Source of the DNA: Takakia lepidozioides
Taxonomy: Eukaryota > Plantae > Bryophyta
DNA: 64,000 nucleotides
Reading direction: 5' to 3'
Assembly (NCBI GenBank): GCA_030704615.1
Contig: CM060733.1
Coordinates: forward strand, 70,618,001 to 70,682,000
Below the pieces are notes generated by a model that worked only from the letters and a program-made list of their open reading frames with translations, was not told the DNA's origin and did not search any database. Of this stretch, positions 27,170-40,300 are shown piece by piece. Each line of letters starts with the position of its first letter. Position 1 is the first letter of the stretch. The position numbers were made by a program, and so were the translations under genes.

Positions 27170-28494
27170 CTACTACCCATTTCTTAAGACATGCAACCGA
27201 GGTTGGGATTTGTATGTGGCAACAACAGATGATTTGATACGTGCCTTACAACAAGTAACCCGATACCGTGATTTCTTGCGAGGTAGGGTTGGTGGCAAGG
27301 GTCCGGACAAATTGGAGTTGATGTTGCGTGCTGCAAACAGATCTGGGGATCCAAGCAAGATAGCACGGGCGGTGAGCATGTATGCCCAGGGAACGCCACT
27401 TGTTTCTAGAGTTCCACATCTTGAAGGGGATGAGAGATTCGGCTCGTGTAAGAGGAAATTGAACACTCCACCTGGTTCATTCCGATTCGTATAGGGCAGA
27501 CCGTGATAACTTCTTGAAGCCTCGTGTTCCCCTGCATGACAGATCCATGTCCGGAACCTCTATTCTGAAGGAACCTCCATCACGACGACATGCTCCAGCA
27601 TCAAACAGTGCCACTGAAATGGTGCAGGAGAGAAACAACCCCCTTGATGTGCTTGAGTCCGCATGCCCCGACCACGTTTGGCACATAGAACGCACAAGTG
27701 CAGGGTCTCGTGTGAAATGTACAGCGATCAGGGCAACTAATTTCGAGAAGTGCACTTCATCTATATCCAGAGGTGGTGCCCGGACTCATGCTCCGACTTT
27801 CACGGGTTTGATGCGTCCATACGGTCAACCAGAAGCCAAGAACCACAAGTTCTGGTTCTGCGCAGATGATTGTGGCAGAGGTGTGCATGGAACTGTGTGT
27901 CATTCCGTGGTGATGAAGCCAGCTCCTCCAACCGTTTGGCCCGTCAAGGTGGGAACACATCTCACAAGTCAGGAAATTGCAATGCTGGAGGAGGCAGGCT
28001 TTTCCCTTGCGAGACAACCCCAACTGCATGCATGTGCTACTACTTCTGCGTCCTCTCGGGTCCCTCCGGCAAATCCTCACTTGTGGCCAATCAAACGAGA
28101 TGGAAAGCTCGTTCGGCGTTTCCCTCCAACCGCTGAACACTTTGGCAAAGTGGAGTCCGCAAGAATGCTTCAAGCTCGTGTTGCAAGCACCACGGAAGTG
28201 CCCGATCCAGGATATGGTCGGGTGTACACAATGATCACTTCGACATCTGCTGTTCATGACAGGGCCTACGACATCACGGTTTCCAATTTCCCCAATTGCA
28301 CATGTCCTGATTTTGTGAATATGCTATCAACCAGTTTGGGCAAGAGAGGTAAATTCATACCCTGCAAACATTTGTATTTCATATTTTTGAAGAGGATGGT
28401 TTGCGATCCCAAACGTGACAACTTTGTTCACCAGGCCACTCTGAGTTTCAACGAGGTCGATACTCTATTGCAGCGGGATACAACACATGGGTAG
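27170..28494 (+). pseudogene. 3' fragment of a second Mutator-like SWIM transposase
   Basis: VATTDDLIRA...GPDKLELMLRAA, APTFTG, FWFC, PPTVWPV, GYGRVY and CTCPDF...CKHLY are all colinear with ORF 60175..61587. Confidence 0.85.
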
Positions 28495-28584
28495 CATCAA
28501 CTATGCAATGTGGTATGTGGACGACCATGCTATGAAATGTGAAATTCAAATCAATTCGTTTGCAACATCGTCGACGGTGCAATG

Positions 28585-28931
28585 CACTACAACAAATTGC
28601 GGCTTTTACGTCTCTGTGTTATGACTGCAAATGCAGTCATGGAAGCCATTTACGACTTCCTGACTCTGCAGACGTAAAGACCTAGTCAGTTGTGACATGG
28701 CAGATATGACTCTCCAGGCTGGCTGTCACGTGGTGCCAGAGCAGCTGTGGGGGTAGTCATACACGCTGGCATTACTGAATGACTGAACGGGTCCATGTCA
28801 GCCGCTGTGTAATAGAGACACGTGCTCTCTACAGAACACGCCACGTGTCAGACTGCGACGCCATCTGACTGCAGAGGAGGGAATCAGACGTCAGCATGTG
28901 TCGCATCGTGATTTTGACACGTGGTTCCTCA
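28585..28931. mobile_element. CACTA/EnSpm terminal fragment; resumes briefly at 35945-35978 after the chromovirus insertion
   Basis: Starts CACTACAACAAA; first ~200 bp nearly identical to 40489-40695. Confidence 0.8.
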
Positions 28932-29676
28932 TGTCGCGCACCTCACTCCGGTAAGCTCCCCTTCAAGTCATAGTTACTCGCTTTGATGCGCGCGCCTGAC
29001 TCCCAACCTGGCCGCCCGGGCCAACTTGGAGCTTCGGCTGCTCACCGGGACATAACGGTCCCCCTTCGCTTCCTTCTAAACCCTCCACCTCTTTGGGACT
29101 AGGAGAATTCCCTTTGGTAGATGGCAGTCCGGAACAGCTCCCCACTCTTTGGTCGCTTTCCGGCTCGCTCGCTTACTCACTAGTTTTTGGTCACCAACGG
29201 GCTTGCACCGTTCTCGGGGTTACTACTCCCTATATATACTTCTGTAGCTGTCCGCGGGGGTTCCACAACCAGCCATGCCATTTTATGGCGAACCACCACG
29301 AAAACCCTCGACTCCCGGTGGTGAGTCGCGGTGAGTCTTGGCCCGCTCACCACGGCCCCTATGGACCGTGATGAGTCCCAAGACTCCCCACGACTCCCAC
29401 CACGAGGTCTCCGCCCCCATGGTGAGTCCTATGCCACCCCCACTAAGTCCCACTAAGCTACCACCCCTTGTGGAGCCAACCCCACCGCTTGTGGAGCCAC
29501 CCCCACCGCAACCCGGTGTGCGGGGCTCCACCTAGTGAGCGCCTCCGCTTCCCTGAGTGCCTTGGGCACTCAAGGGTGCCTCAGCCCCCCCATACCTATC
29601 GCTGCCGCTGCCCCCACCACAGGGGCAGCCCCTGATGTGTCCCGACCCCCTGCCCTCAAGGCAAAGGGCCGCGACA
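28932..29676 (-). repeat. 3' LTR (745 bp)
   Basis: Direct repeat of 35199-35944; the only difference I saw is one C in a homopolymer. Confidence 0.95.
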
Positions 29677-30581
29677 CACACCCCTACCAACAGGGAGTCG
29701 ATGTCCTCATCGACTTGTCCATTTTGTAGAAACGAACATCCAAGTTGTGGCGTCCCACATCAAGGAGTTTGTTTCTGTACCATGGCGTCCCATGGCAAAG
29801 AACCAAACCCCACACTTGACTCTACTCTCCACTAGCTAGTTCGGCCGACTTCCTCCAAGTCCCGGCCAAGGGTGGAGCCTCTCCAGCTCCTCTCAGTGCA
29901 CTCTTCTTGGCCTACTTCAAGGCCAAGGAACGATCCTCCCCGAGGATCGAATCGCCTTACTGCAACAACATTGCTTGCGATCGCTCATGATGCCGCTTTT
30001 GGCATCACCTTGAGCAAGGGTTCACCTGGAACCCTCTTTGACTAGGAAGATAACCTTGAACCAACCGTGCGCCCCAATCACTACAATTGGGTCCGCCTTG
30101 GAATGCTGGCCTGAGGTACGGGAACACGTCGAAGCCGCACTACGACTTCGTCCCGAGGTTACACGATTATAGTACGTGAACGGAAGCACGTAGCTTCCGC
30201 GTTAGCCCGCACTACAAGGCAACCCCCTCGGTAGCGCAGTTATAGTACGCGCACGCGCCAGGTGCGCACTAGCACGTGAACTCCCAAAGAAGGCGCAAGT
30301 TTCCTTGCCCCTGGGATGGGAGTCACCCGATTTCGGCACTGCGCAAACACACGATTACCCAATTTACCTCTCCCACTTTTGTAAGCTAGCATGCATTCTA
30401 CACACTAGCCAAACACACCATGCATCACCATTCCAAACACAATAGGACGCATAATATTTGGAACCCATTTCCTTTATAACAAATGTTTGTACAATACAAG
30501 TTTTTGCAATCGGATTCCTGAGCTAGCTAAACCGGGCTAAGCATGCATTTCCTCCCCCACGCTCCAAGGTTGATGTCCCCA

Positions 30582-33500
30582 TCAACGTTTCTTCCGCTTT
30601 TGAGGTCGCCCTTCGAACGCTGCAACTGCCTCGGATGCGTTTCCCATTTCTGAGGCATGCACCCAAGATGCCTCCACAAGATGATAGCCCTTCCATTTGA
30701 CGAGATACTCTGTTTCTCGGTTCTTGAACCTCCTCGACTTAAGTATTGCCTCCACCTCGTACTCAGGTTCATTTTCATGATCCAACAGCATAGGTGGCGG
30801 ACGCAACACTTGCTGCCGATTCGGACGTGCTTCATCTTTGAAGTAAGGCTTCAAAAGGGAGACATGGAATACTGGGTGCACCTTGCTGTTTGCCGGCAGC
30901 TCCAATTCATACACATCCTCATTCATAACCCTCCGAATGCGAAAGGGGCCCGCATACGGAGGTACGAACTTCGGACTCACTTCCGGAGGTAGTCGAAAAT
31001 TCTTGATGTTCAACCAGACCTCTGTGCCTGCCTCAAACTTCACTTCCCTCCGCTTCCGATTCGCCTGCCTTTCATACCGTTTCCTAGCTTTGGCAATGTT
31101 GTACTTTGCGAGCTTCAACAAACGCTCGCGTTCTTCCAGTACCGCCGCTACTGCCGGTTCCTCAACGTCCTGGGCGGCCCAACTTGTCGGCACCAGAGGT
31201 GCTTTTCCATAGACCAACACAAAAGGGGAAACTCCCGTCGCGGAGTGTTCTGTGTTATTATAACAGAACTCTGCCGCGTCTAAGTGTTCCATCCAGTCTG
31301 ATTGGTCTGCCGACACGTAATTCCGCAAGAATTGCTTCACTACGGAATTCACTCTTTCCGTTTGGCCGTCCGTCGTAGGTCGGAAGGCGGTGCTCATCTT
31401 CAGCCTCGTCCCCATCTTCTTCCAAAGTGCTCTCCAGAATTTACTCGTAAACTTTGGATCGCGGTCCGAGACAATATCCTTCGGGACTCCATGATGCTTT
31501 AAGACGTGGGCGAAGTAAAGTCGCCCTGTCTCCTGCGCCGTTGCCGTCTCCTTGGTGGGGATGAAATGGGCCATTTTACTGAACCTATCTACCACCACCA
31601 TGATTGCATCGAATCCTTTTGACAACGGCATAGCAGTCATGAAATCCATCGAGACGCTTTCCCAAGTCCCCTCTGGAATCGGCAAGGGTTGTAACAGCCC
31701 CGCTTGCTTTTTGTACTCGCTCCGGTTTTGTTGGCATGTGGTGCATGTCTTGACATACTCCTCTGCCTCCTCCCTCAGTTTGGGCCAGAAATATTCTTTC
31801 TTCAAGAGTGCCGCAGTGCGCTTGGCTCCACCGTGGCCCGCAAGCGGGCTATCATGGCATTCTCTCAAGAGACTATCCCTGATCCCTCCCTTTGGCACAT
31901 AGAGACGTTTTTGCTTATACCGGAGCAGTCCGTTTTGCAAGTGGAACTGCGATTTAACCCCCATTCTCAAGTCCTGCATCACGCACTTTGCCAGCTCATC
32001 CTTCCGGCAAGCCTTCCGGATCTTCCTTTGGAGCGCCGTCTCGCCCTTGTACACCAACAAGAGCTGCTGCTTTCTACTTAAAGCATCGGCCACCACATTG
32101 TCCCGTCCCGGTTTGTACTGGATATCCACGTCGAACACTGCCAAAGTATCTTGCCACCTAAGTTGTTTTGGGGACAACTTGGGCTGCGTGGCAAAATACT
32201 TCACCGTAACATTGTCCGTGAACACCTTCACTGGGTTGGAACCAACATAGTGGCGCCAGAGTTCAAGGCAATGCACCACCGCCTTCATCTCTTTTTCGTG
32301 CGTCGGCCACCGTCGCTCCACTTCATTCAGTTTCTTACTTTCGTAAGCCACTGGACGTCCATCTTGCATAAGTACACCCCCAATTGCGAAGTCCGATGCA
32401 TCTGTATGAATCTCAAACGGACGATCGAACTCCGGGATTTTCAAGACTGGAGCTTCCGTCATCCGCTGCTTCAATTCAGCAAAAGCTTGGCCACAAAATG
32501 TGTTCCATACCCAGACTTTGGATTTACACAGAAGGTCCGACAGCGGCCCCGCGATCTTGGCGAAATTTCTCACATACTTCCGGTAATAGGAGGCGAGTCC
32601 TAGGAAGGATCGCACTCCCGGGACCGAAGTCGGAGGCTCCCAGTCCAAGATCGCCCTCACCTTTCTGTCATCCATTTTGATCCCATCCTGTGTAATCACA
32701 TGCCCCAAGAACTCCACTTTTGTGACCCCGAATTCGCACTTTGAAGCTTTGGCATACAGCTTCCCTTCTCGCAATTTTTGGAACACCCTTTTGAGGTGCT
32801 CCAGGTGCTCCTCCTTTGTTTTTGAGTACACCAAGATGTCGTCGATGTACACGATCACAAAGTCATCCAACCACTCCTGGAAAAGGCTGTTCATCAGCGT
32901 GCTAAATGTCGCTGGTGCATTGGTGAGCCCAAAAGGCATCACCAAGAACTCATATGAACCATACCTTGTCCTGCACGCGGTCTTCTCCTCATCTCCTTCT
33001 GCCACCCGAATTTGGTGATAGCCGGAGCGCAAGTCGATCCGGCTGAAATACTTTGCTCCTGCCAACCGATCGAAGAGGTCGTCGATCCTTGGCAAAGGGT
33101 ACCGGTTTTTGATAGTCACCTTATTCAGAGCCCTGTAATCGACACACATCCGCAGCGTCCCATCCTTCTTGTCTGCAAATAGCACCGGAGCTCCGTAAGG
33201 TGACTTACTCGGCCGGATGTACCCCTTTGACATTAGATCCTTGAGCTGAGTCTTCAGCTCGACCAACTCTCTGTGGCTCAACCGGTAGGGCGCCTTGGCA
33301 GGCGGTCCCGATCCCGGTATCACCTCAATCTTGTGGTCAACTCCTCTTCGCGGTGGCAAGCCGCTTGGTAAATCCTCCGGCATCACATCCTGGTATTTCT
33401 CCAAAATCCCCTTGATCCAATCTGGGCTCGGCTCCCCATCGCCTTCTCCTTTCACTTCTCTAATGTAAAGCAAAAACTGGGACTCGTGTGCCTCCTCCAC

Positions 33501-34232
33501 GGCCCACTCCTTTGCTGATAGAAGGTTTATTCGCCCTCCCACGGATTTGGGCGTTTCCGACACTCGTAAAACCTCGCCACCATTCCCACATGGCAGCGTG
33601 ACTACTCTCTTGCGGCCATCTATGACCGCTCCGGATTTGCTCAAAAAGGTCATCCCTAAAATGAGATCCACTCCATCGATCTCGCAGATAGTGAAGTTCT
33701 CACGTCCCTCCCAACTCCCCAGTTGAAGAGGAACATCAAACGCCAACCTTGTCGCCAACTGAGGTTCTCCTTTGGCAGAGCGCACCTCAATAGAGGCCCC
33801 CACGTCACTTGTCGGGAGTCCCAACTTTCGCGCCGCCACCGGCGTCATGAAGGAGTGCGACGCTCCTGTGTCCACCAACAACGACACGTTAGTTCCGGAT
33901 ATTATCCCATCCACGAACAATAATTGACTCCCTTTTCGCAGGGCGCCAGTTTCCTGATACAACTCACAAGAATAGTTGCCTACCTTGCAAGTCCTGGCGA
34001 CTACCGCTTCCACCAAGCGACTGATGGTATCTTCTGACAGCTCCGTGGTCGCCCGAGTCATGTTCAATTGCCGGGGCTTCGTGCACTTCTTGGCCATGTG
34101 CCCGGGCTCCCCGCAATTGAAACACACTCCATCAAAGGTCGCCTTCTGTCCGCCATAAGCCGCTCCACCCGCTTTTCTTTTCGAGCACCGGGTGCCGCCT
34201 TGACGTACGAAGGCCCTCCCTTCGATTTCCAC
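30582..34232 (-). CDS. pol: Pol: zinc knuckle, protease, RT, RNase H, integrase, chromodomain
   Basis: [36 protein letters not shown], and EYEVEAIL...EYLVKWKGY chromodomain. Confidence 0.95.
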   Translation of the reverse strand: MEIEGRAFVRQGGTRCSKRKAGGAAYGGQKATFDGVCFNCGEPGHMAKKCTKPRQLNMTRATTELSEDTISRLVEAVVARTCKVGNYSCELYQETGALRKGSQLLFVDGIISGTNVSLLVDTGASHSFMTPVAARKLGLPTSDVGASIEVRSAKGEPQLATRLAFDVPLQLGSWEGRENFTICEIDGVDLILGMTFLSKSGAVIDGRKRVVTLPCGNGGEVLRVSETPKSVGGRINLLSAKEWAVEEAHESQFLLYIREVKGEGDGEPSPDWIKGILEKYQDVMPEDLPSGLPPRRGVDHKIEVIPGSGPPAKAPYRLSHRELVELKTQLKDLMSKGYIRPSKSPYGAPVLFADKKDGTLRMCVDYRALNKVTIKNRYPLPRIDDLFDRLAGAKYFSRIDLRSGYHQIRVAEGDEEKTACRTRYGSYEFLVMPFGLTNAPATFSTLMNSLFQEWLDDFVIVYIDDILVYSKTKEEHLEHLKRVFQKLREGKLYAKASKCEFGVTKVEFLGHVITQDGIKMDDRKVRAILDWEPPTSVPGVRSFLGLASYYRKYVRNFAKIAGPLSDLLCKSKVWVWNTFCGQAFAELKQRMTEAPVLKIPEFDRPFEIHTDASDFAIGGVLMQDGRPVAYESKKLNEVERRWPTHEKEMKAVVHCLELWRHYVGSNPVKVFTDNVTVKYFATQPKLSPKQLRWQDTLAVFDVDIQYKPGRDNVVADALSRKQQLLLVYKGETALQRKIRKACRKDELAKCVMQDLRMGVKSQFHLQNGLLRYKQKRLYVPKGGIRDSLLRECHDSPLAGHGGAKRTAALLKKEYFWPKLREEAEEYVKTCTTCQQNRSEYKKQAGLLQPLPIPEGTWESVSMDFMTAMPLSKGFDAIMVVVDRFSKMAHFIPTKETATAQETGRLYFAHVLKHHGVPKDIVSDRDPKFTSKFWRALWKKMGTRLKMSTAFRPTTDGQTERVNSVVKQFLRNYVSADQSDWMEHLDAAEFCYNNTEHSATGVSPFVLVYGKAPLVPTSWAAQDVEEPAVAAVLEERERLLKLAKYNIAKARKRYERQANRKRREVKFEAGTEVWLNIKNFRLPPEVSPKFVPPYAGPFRIRRVMNEDVYELELPANSKVHPVFHVSLLKPYFKDEARPNRQQVLRPPPMLLDHENEPEYEVEAILKSRRFKNRETEYLVKWKGYHLVEASWVHASEMGNASEAVAAFEGRPQKRKKR

Positions 34233-35143
34233 ATGCCATTATCGTCGCGTGGCCTATCCCACTTCTTTTCCGGTCGGAAGGAGTCACCTTCCCGCCGGGT
34301 CTTCTTGTGGTTCAGCTCCGCACGGCCTTGTCTTTCACCCCTAGGGACATCCGAGAAACATTCAGCCCTCTCAATTGCCTCGTTCAAAGTCTTGGGTGGC
34401 TTCTCCTCCAACTTCCGCCTGGCCCATGGGGCCAGTCCCGCCACAAAGTTGAAGACCATTTCTGGTTCTGCCATGTCCGCGACTTCGAGCAACAGCACAT
34501 TGAAAGCCTGGACGTACCCCCGAATGTCATCTGTTTGCTTCAAATTCCTCATCTTGTCCCGGGCAAGCCAGGACGCGTTGAGGGGCACAAACTGTCTCTT
34601 CATCAATTCCTTGAACCCACTCCAGTTCAAGGTTTCCGGGCTTGGGCCTCGGTCGTGAAGGCGTTTCTGCCACCATTGTTGAGCATAGCCCCTCAAATAG
34701 GTGGGAGCCACTTCCACCCGATCCTCGTCACTCAACTTGGCCGCCCGGAAGTACTGCTCTAGCTCCAGGAGCCAGGTGTTGAGTGCCTTCCGGTTTCGAA
34801 CGCCCTTGAAGGTGCCGGGTTCCTTAGGCTTCACCTTAAACTTTGCCTTAGTGGAAGTGGCATTAGCCGCCTTCAACACGTCTTTCAACGTCCCGCCAAA
34901 CTGCGCCAACAACCCTTCCCAAAAGGCTGCCGGCATGGGAGGCATCTCTTGGTTTGTCGGAGCTCTCAAGGATTCCTCGGGCTCCGACTCCTCGGATTCC
35001 TCCCGCTCCTGAGCGGCCTCGTTTTCGGAAACATTCATCGCTTCCTCAAACGGCCGCCTCGGTGACACGTCGCCCCCATCGGGCTCACCGGGATCATCAT
35101 CTTTTGGGCCGTTCCGCTTTCGCTTCGGCTTGCCCGACCCCAT
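34064..35143 (-). CDS. gag: Gag
   Basis: Retrotransposon gag-like [10 protein letters not shown]...[14 protein letters not shown]; first ATG after the PBS at 35143. Confidence 0.9.
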   Translation of the reverse strand: MGSGKPKRKRNGPKDDDPGEPDGGDVSPRRPFEEAMNVSENEAAQEREESEESEPEESLRAPTNQEMPPMPAAFWEGLLAQFGGTLKDVLKAANATSTKAKFKVKPKEPGTFKGVRNRKALNTWLLELEQYFRAAKLSDEDRVEVAPTYLRGYAQQWWQKRLHDRGPSPETLNWSGFKELMKRQFVPLNASWLARDKMRNLKQTDDIRGYVQAFNVLLLEVADMAEPEMVFNFVAGLAPWARRKLEEKPPKTLNEAIERAECFSDVPRGERQGRAELNHKKTRREGDSFRPEKKWDRPRDDNGMWKSKGGPSYVKAAPGARKEKRVERLMADRRRPLMECVSIAGSPGTWPRSARSPGN

Positions 35144-35184
35144 GATGAGGCCAATCCCAAGGACGATCGCGTACTGAACTCTAA

Positions 35185-35196
35185 GCTCTGATACCA
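35185..35196 (-). other. Primer binding site (tRNA-iMet)
   Basis: TGGTATCAGAGC, 2 nt inside the 5' LTR. Confidence 0.92.
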
Positions 35197-35198
35197 AA

Positions 35199-35944
35199 TG
35201 TCGCGCACCTCACTCCGGTAAGCTCCCCTTCAAGTCATAGTTACTCGCTTTGATGCGCGCGCCTGACTCCCAACCTGGCCGCCCGGGCCAACTTGGAGCT
35301 TCGGCTGCTCACCGGGACATAACGGTCCCCCCTTCGCTTCCTTCTAAACCCTCCACCTCTTTGGGACTAGGAGAATTCCCTTTGGTAGATGGCAGTCCGG
35401 AACAGCTCCCCACTCTTTGGTCGCTTTCCGGCTCGCTCGCTTACTCACTAGTTTTTGGTCACCAACGGGCTTGCACCGTTCTCGGGGTTACTACTCCCTA
35501 TATATACTTCTGTAGCTGTCCGCGGGGGTTCCACAACCAGCCATGCCATTTTATGGCGAACCACCACGAAAACCCTCGACTCCCGGTGGTGAGTCGCGGT
35601 GAGTCTTGGCCCGCTCACCACGGCCCCTATGGACCGTGATGAGTCCCAAGACTCCCCACGACTCCCACCACGAGGTCTCCGCCCCCATGGTGAGTCCTAT
35701 GCCACCCCCACTAAGTCCCACTAAGCTACCACCCCTTGTGGAGCCAACCCCACCGCTTGTGGAGCCACCCCCACCGCAACCCGGTGTGCGGGGCTCCACC
35801 TAGTGAGCGCCTCCGCTTCCCTGAGTGCCTTGGGCACTCAAGGGTGCCTCAGCCCCCCCATACCTATCGCTGCCGCTGCCCCCACCACAGGGGCAGCCCC
35901 TGATGTGTCCCGACCCCCTGCCCTCAAGGCAAAGGGCCGCGACA
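35199..35944 (-). repeat. 5' LTR (746 bp)
   Basis: Direct repeat of 28932-29676. Confidence 0.95.
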
Positions 35945-36802
35945 CCTCATGTCAATTGACACGTGTCGCTGTTGGGGGTTGTAGATTTACTTTATTGTTA
36001 TTATAATTACTAAAATACTTATTATAATTATTTGTTATTATAATTATTATTACTGACCAACATGGGACAGTGGCACATTATTAAATAACGAATTTTTGAA
36101 ATTATATTCTTAGATAAAATATTTATTCGCTCAGATACCAAAACACACCCTTGCGGGGAATGAGAGTTTGCCTTAGTGCTTGTGCTGAATTGCATCTGCT
36201 ACTGTTACCTGTTTATGGATACTTTTTTATTGTCACTTTGGCAGTATCATATCAAAGTCACTCCAAACTATCTACCATCTACCCATGCAGGTTTTTTGTA
36301 GCTATCCTTCCACAGGGAATCATAGGTAATCTGGAGCTTGAAATCCGGCTTTCTTGGATGATCTGGACCCACACTCTATCCCTGCTCCTTCAGCTATCCA
36401 TGCTTCTGCATAGATCATGCATATATCCTTGCATTGCTGTTAGCAGCTGACAATGACAGCCTACATTTGTTCCAGCAAACACCCAACTCAACTTACCACA
36501 CTAGTTCCTATTCTCAATTGCATCTGTTACTCTCTGTAATCCAACAGGCATTTACCTTTTTGCCTCGGTTGTCCCACCATTGACTGGGGTCAGAAAAGTA
36601 TTCATTCCACAGCTTCCCCTCATCTCCGTTAACTGTTTTTCGATACTTTCCTGTTGTCACATTGGCAATATCATGTCAAAGTCACTCCAAACTAGATTCA
36701 CTCAACCAGCTAACTTGCAGACATTGAAATTTAGGGCCGGTTCTGATAAGAGGGAAAAACAGGGTGAAATGTGTTGAAGAAGGTGCCTTTATTAGCAGCT
36801 CA

Positions 36803-37254
36803 CTTGCAAAACTTTCCCGCCGAATACTGGAAGATGACAGAATTGTGCAGACTCTATTGGTTCAGTCGCGGCAAAAGGGTCAGCTTCATTCCGATGTTAA
36901 GGCATGTAAAACCGCGGAATACTCTATACAGGCCAGTATGCGACGTCCTTTTGCCGTGGTATACTAGATTTCTCGTTGCACGGTCACTCATTTCCATGAG
37001 CGGATCTAAAAAACCATGAGCGGAGTTGTTACTGACGACATATCTTCGCCGCATTACAGGATCCGTAACTTCCAAAAACGGCAAGGTCAAATAAAAAACT
37101 ATTATTTTAATACTTGTTTAATCTGCCGCATTTCCAAATTTGGAGGAATCCGCTCATGAAATCCGCGTGTCTTAGACTTCGGCTCACCACTCATGCGGCT
37201 CATGCGGCTCATGGCTCATGGCTCATGGTTTCTGCTCATGAAATAGTAAACCTC
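36803..37254 (+). mobile_element. Orphan right end of the Mutator-like element
   Basis: Highly similar to ~61963-62438; similarity stops exactly at ...CATGAAATAGTAAACCTC. Confidence 0.88.
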
Positions 37255-37311
37255 CGGGAGGGGTGGGAAAATTTCAGAGAATGGTCTATCTGCTTTGTGT
37301 GCAAGTCCTCT

Positions 37312-37314
<3 letters not shown>

Positions 37315-37364
<50 letters not shown>
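37315..37364. repeat. (TC)n microsatellite
   Basis: Seen directly. Confidence 0.95.
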
Positions 37365-37366
<2 letters not shown>

Positions 37367-40300
37367 GTTATGGTACCAAGCAGCACAGTGGGAAGATGCA
37401 TAGGCTCTCAGTTTTTTGGTTTCAAGCCCTTTATACCAGGCTAGAGTATTTGCCTACTGTCCCAGACCAAAAACAGGTTCTGGAACTATAATACAATGTC
37501 CTTGGCTTTATCCCCTGGTTACATGTTGCTTAGAAAAGTGGCAGCTATGCCCTGGTTTTGTTGTTACTAAAAATGCCGGAACTTTTTTCCAGATGTCAAG
37601 TAACCATGCATGATAAAAGTAGCAATCTAAATGTTTGCTTACCTGCTATGCACAGTTAAATTATTCTAAACAAAACATAACCAAGCATGTAACACCTGCT
37701 TAGGATGATTGTTTTTCAGAATGTAAAGCTGGCTTTTATAAAGGGGTGTTTTTCTAAATGAAGTTTGTGTTACCAAAACAGGCTGGAATTTTTCCCAGAG
37801 TGCAATGTAGACTCTGATGGTAATAGTAGCAATCTATGTACTTGCTTGCTGTCCAACATCTTGTTAAGGCATTTATACACTGGCCCTAGACATAAACCAG
37901 GTCTTGGGGCAAAAAACAAGGTATCTAGTCATACCCTATGTGTGTAAATTGCTTTGAAATGGTCTACAGCTCTGATATGGTCATTGTATTATAAAAAAAA
38001 AAACTGAAACCCCTTTTCCAGGCCTTCAATGTAATCAAGGGTGGCAAATTTGGCAAGATGAACAAGTTTTTCCTGCTATGAACAGTTGCTAATGTTCCAT
38101 ATGAAGCATACCCAAACATGTAGCACTTGTTTGGGTCCCTGGTTAGATGAATATTAAATTGGCTCATGATTTGAGGTGGATTTCTATATTTTCCCACCCC
38201 CCCAACCATAGATTCATGAACCTTGAAATATGTTGTAAGTCACCAGTCTACCTTGTCTGCTATCCCCGCAGACAGTGCCGATGCATCATCACCACTCTCA
38301 CAGAATTTAGCTACCAACCTAAATACTATAGCTGTCTGAATCCCCGGCATTGCAATTGTCATTGCAGAAAACAATGGAGCTTGACAAATTGTCGTAGCCA
38401 CCCCCAACAATTTACTGGCTGCACCTTGCTTTGCAGCTCCACCCACTGGCATTTCCCGAGCCACACCAACTCTCCCCAGTGGCACTCGTGTAGGCTCTAC
38501 TTCTGACACACTTTGGGCGAGCGGGTGCCATCGATGGCGTAGTTGGCACTGTCTCAGCCAATGTGAAAAATTGTGGAAGCCTTGTCTGCCGACTTGCTTC
38601 CTCCATTTGTGGATCAAAATCCACATCCGCTCTTCTTAGCTCAGGAGCACGCGTTGCTGCTTGAGTCGTTTGCACTGTGGAATGGAAATCACTTGGAGTG
38701 ATTTGCAGCAAGGTAGCTTGTACTGCTGGAATCGGAGGAGGTAAAGGGGGCTGGTACCCCATTGCCTTGAGGTCCTCACTCCATTGAGGGATGTGTTTGA
38801 TCACCTTCTGTCATGGCCATAAAAGTGTGTTAGTATGTTATAAACAAATCTAGAAAGAGAAGGGAGAGTGACTGATAATGTGTACAGACACCAGTCAGTA
38901 CACTAGTCTAAGGAACAGAGGGAAGATACTATGTCTTGTTGAGACATGGACAAGACCAAACAAGGTCTTTGTCAAATTAACGACAAATCAGCCTCATAAC
39001 AAGGCAGCTATGAACAATTCAGGTGATGACAGCCCTGTTCTATTGCTTGAAACTTTAGCCCTGGAGGATTGGGTAGCACTTGGAATTTGTGCAAACAGAA
39101 ACGGCAAGTACCTTGAAAGACTCAAGGAGTACAATGGCAAACTGGTTAAGATATTGGAACAGGATGCTAGTGAATTGTCTTACTGGGAGAAGAAAGGAGC
39201 TGTAATTGAAGAAGCACTTAGGCCCAGCAAACCCGGATGTTTGCCAGCCTGCTTCCACACAGAAATCTTCCAATGCCATGGAAAAAGATTTTATTGCATC
39301 CATGACTAACCATCCCATTCTAGGGCACATGATCTTGCCTGAAGGAGAAAAGGATGCAGTAAGGGATTTTTGTGAGCAAGTTGAGCTCTCTCAAGTGGAG
39401 CAAGAGAGGGTTGCGGGAACAACACCAAGTAACCTACAGTTCGTCCCTTGGATGCTAATATCACTCTGATGGCTCCCATATCAATTGATATGTGGGTCAA
39501 ATGGGCCAACCTCACACCTACTGAACACAGCAGGTGCAAAGGAAGGGTTCCAAAGTTTCATAAAAGGACCAATTGTGGTCTCATGGCCCTTAAGGACCTT
39601 CTATTACAAACTGTGTGATAAGGGGGACAACATGACTTTGAGGACAAAAAAATGACCTCCCTACTGGTTCAGCAAGATCTAAGAACCACAAAAGTCAGTT
39701 GTTCAATTGGCATAGGCCATACATCAGATGTAACCGTGGACCAGGTGGTGCGCCATCATCTTGCATCGGAAGTGTAGCATGGGTCAATCACATTGTTTGG
39801 TACATGCTAAACAACCTTACAGTGTTCTTCCTTGATGATGCATACCCGTCTATTCAGACCAAGTACTATAATTTCTTGGTGTGGATGATGAAAGCAGCTC
39901 GATCAGCTGTTCTGGCACAAGTAACCTTTCAGATGACTCAGGAGATTATCATGGAAGCTACCTGTGAGTTTGTTGCTGATCCCAATGCTAAGGTGCTTAA
40001 CAAAATGGGTGAAGCAAAGGGTGCTAGGTACATTGAGAGGCTACTCAAGCCTGGAACTTTTTCAGACAGTCTCCCTAGAATTCAGTGGTTACAAAAGACA
40101 ACGCATGGATGGACCAGCACCTATGCAACAAGGCAGGGCTGGTAACAATCGGGGTAGAGGTACCCTTGTGCGTGCAAGCAGAGGCCTCTACCAAAGAGGT
40201 AGGCGTTCTGGCCGAGGGCAGAGCTTCTCCCACAATTCTGACAATTCAAAGGCCTTGACCATAACTTCAGGCTCCAATTTAAGCACAACTGTCAATATCG

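Larger units (their letters stand above)
28932..35944 (-). mobile_element. Full-length young chromovirus (Ty3/gypsy), 7013 bp
   Basis: LTRs 28932-29676 and 35199-35944 (TGTCGCG...CGCGACA); 5-bp TSD CCTCA; tRNA-iMet PBS; gag and pol ORFs. Confidence 0.97.

Noticed and set aside
29093-29835. Pro/Gly-rich ORFs in the LTRs (also 35250-36006)
   Set aside because: By-products of GC-rich LTR sequence, duplicated with the LTR
30657-35012. Plus-strand ORFs over the chromovirus
   Set aside because: Antisense shadows of gag-pol
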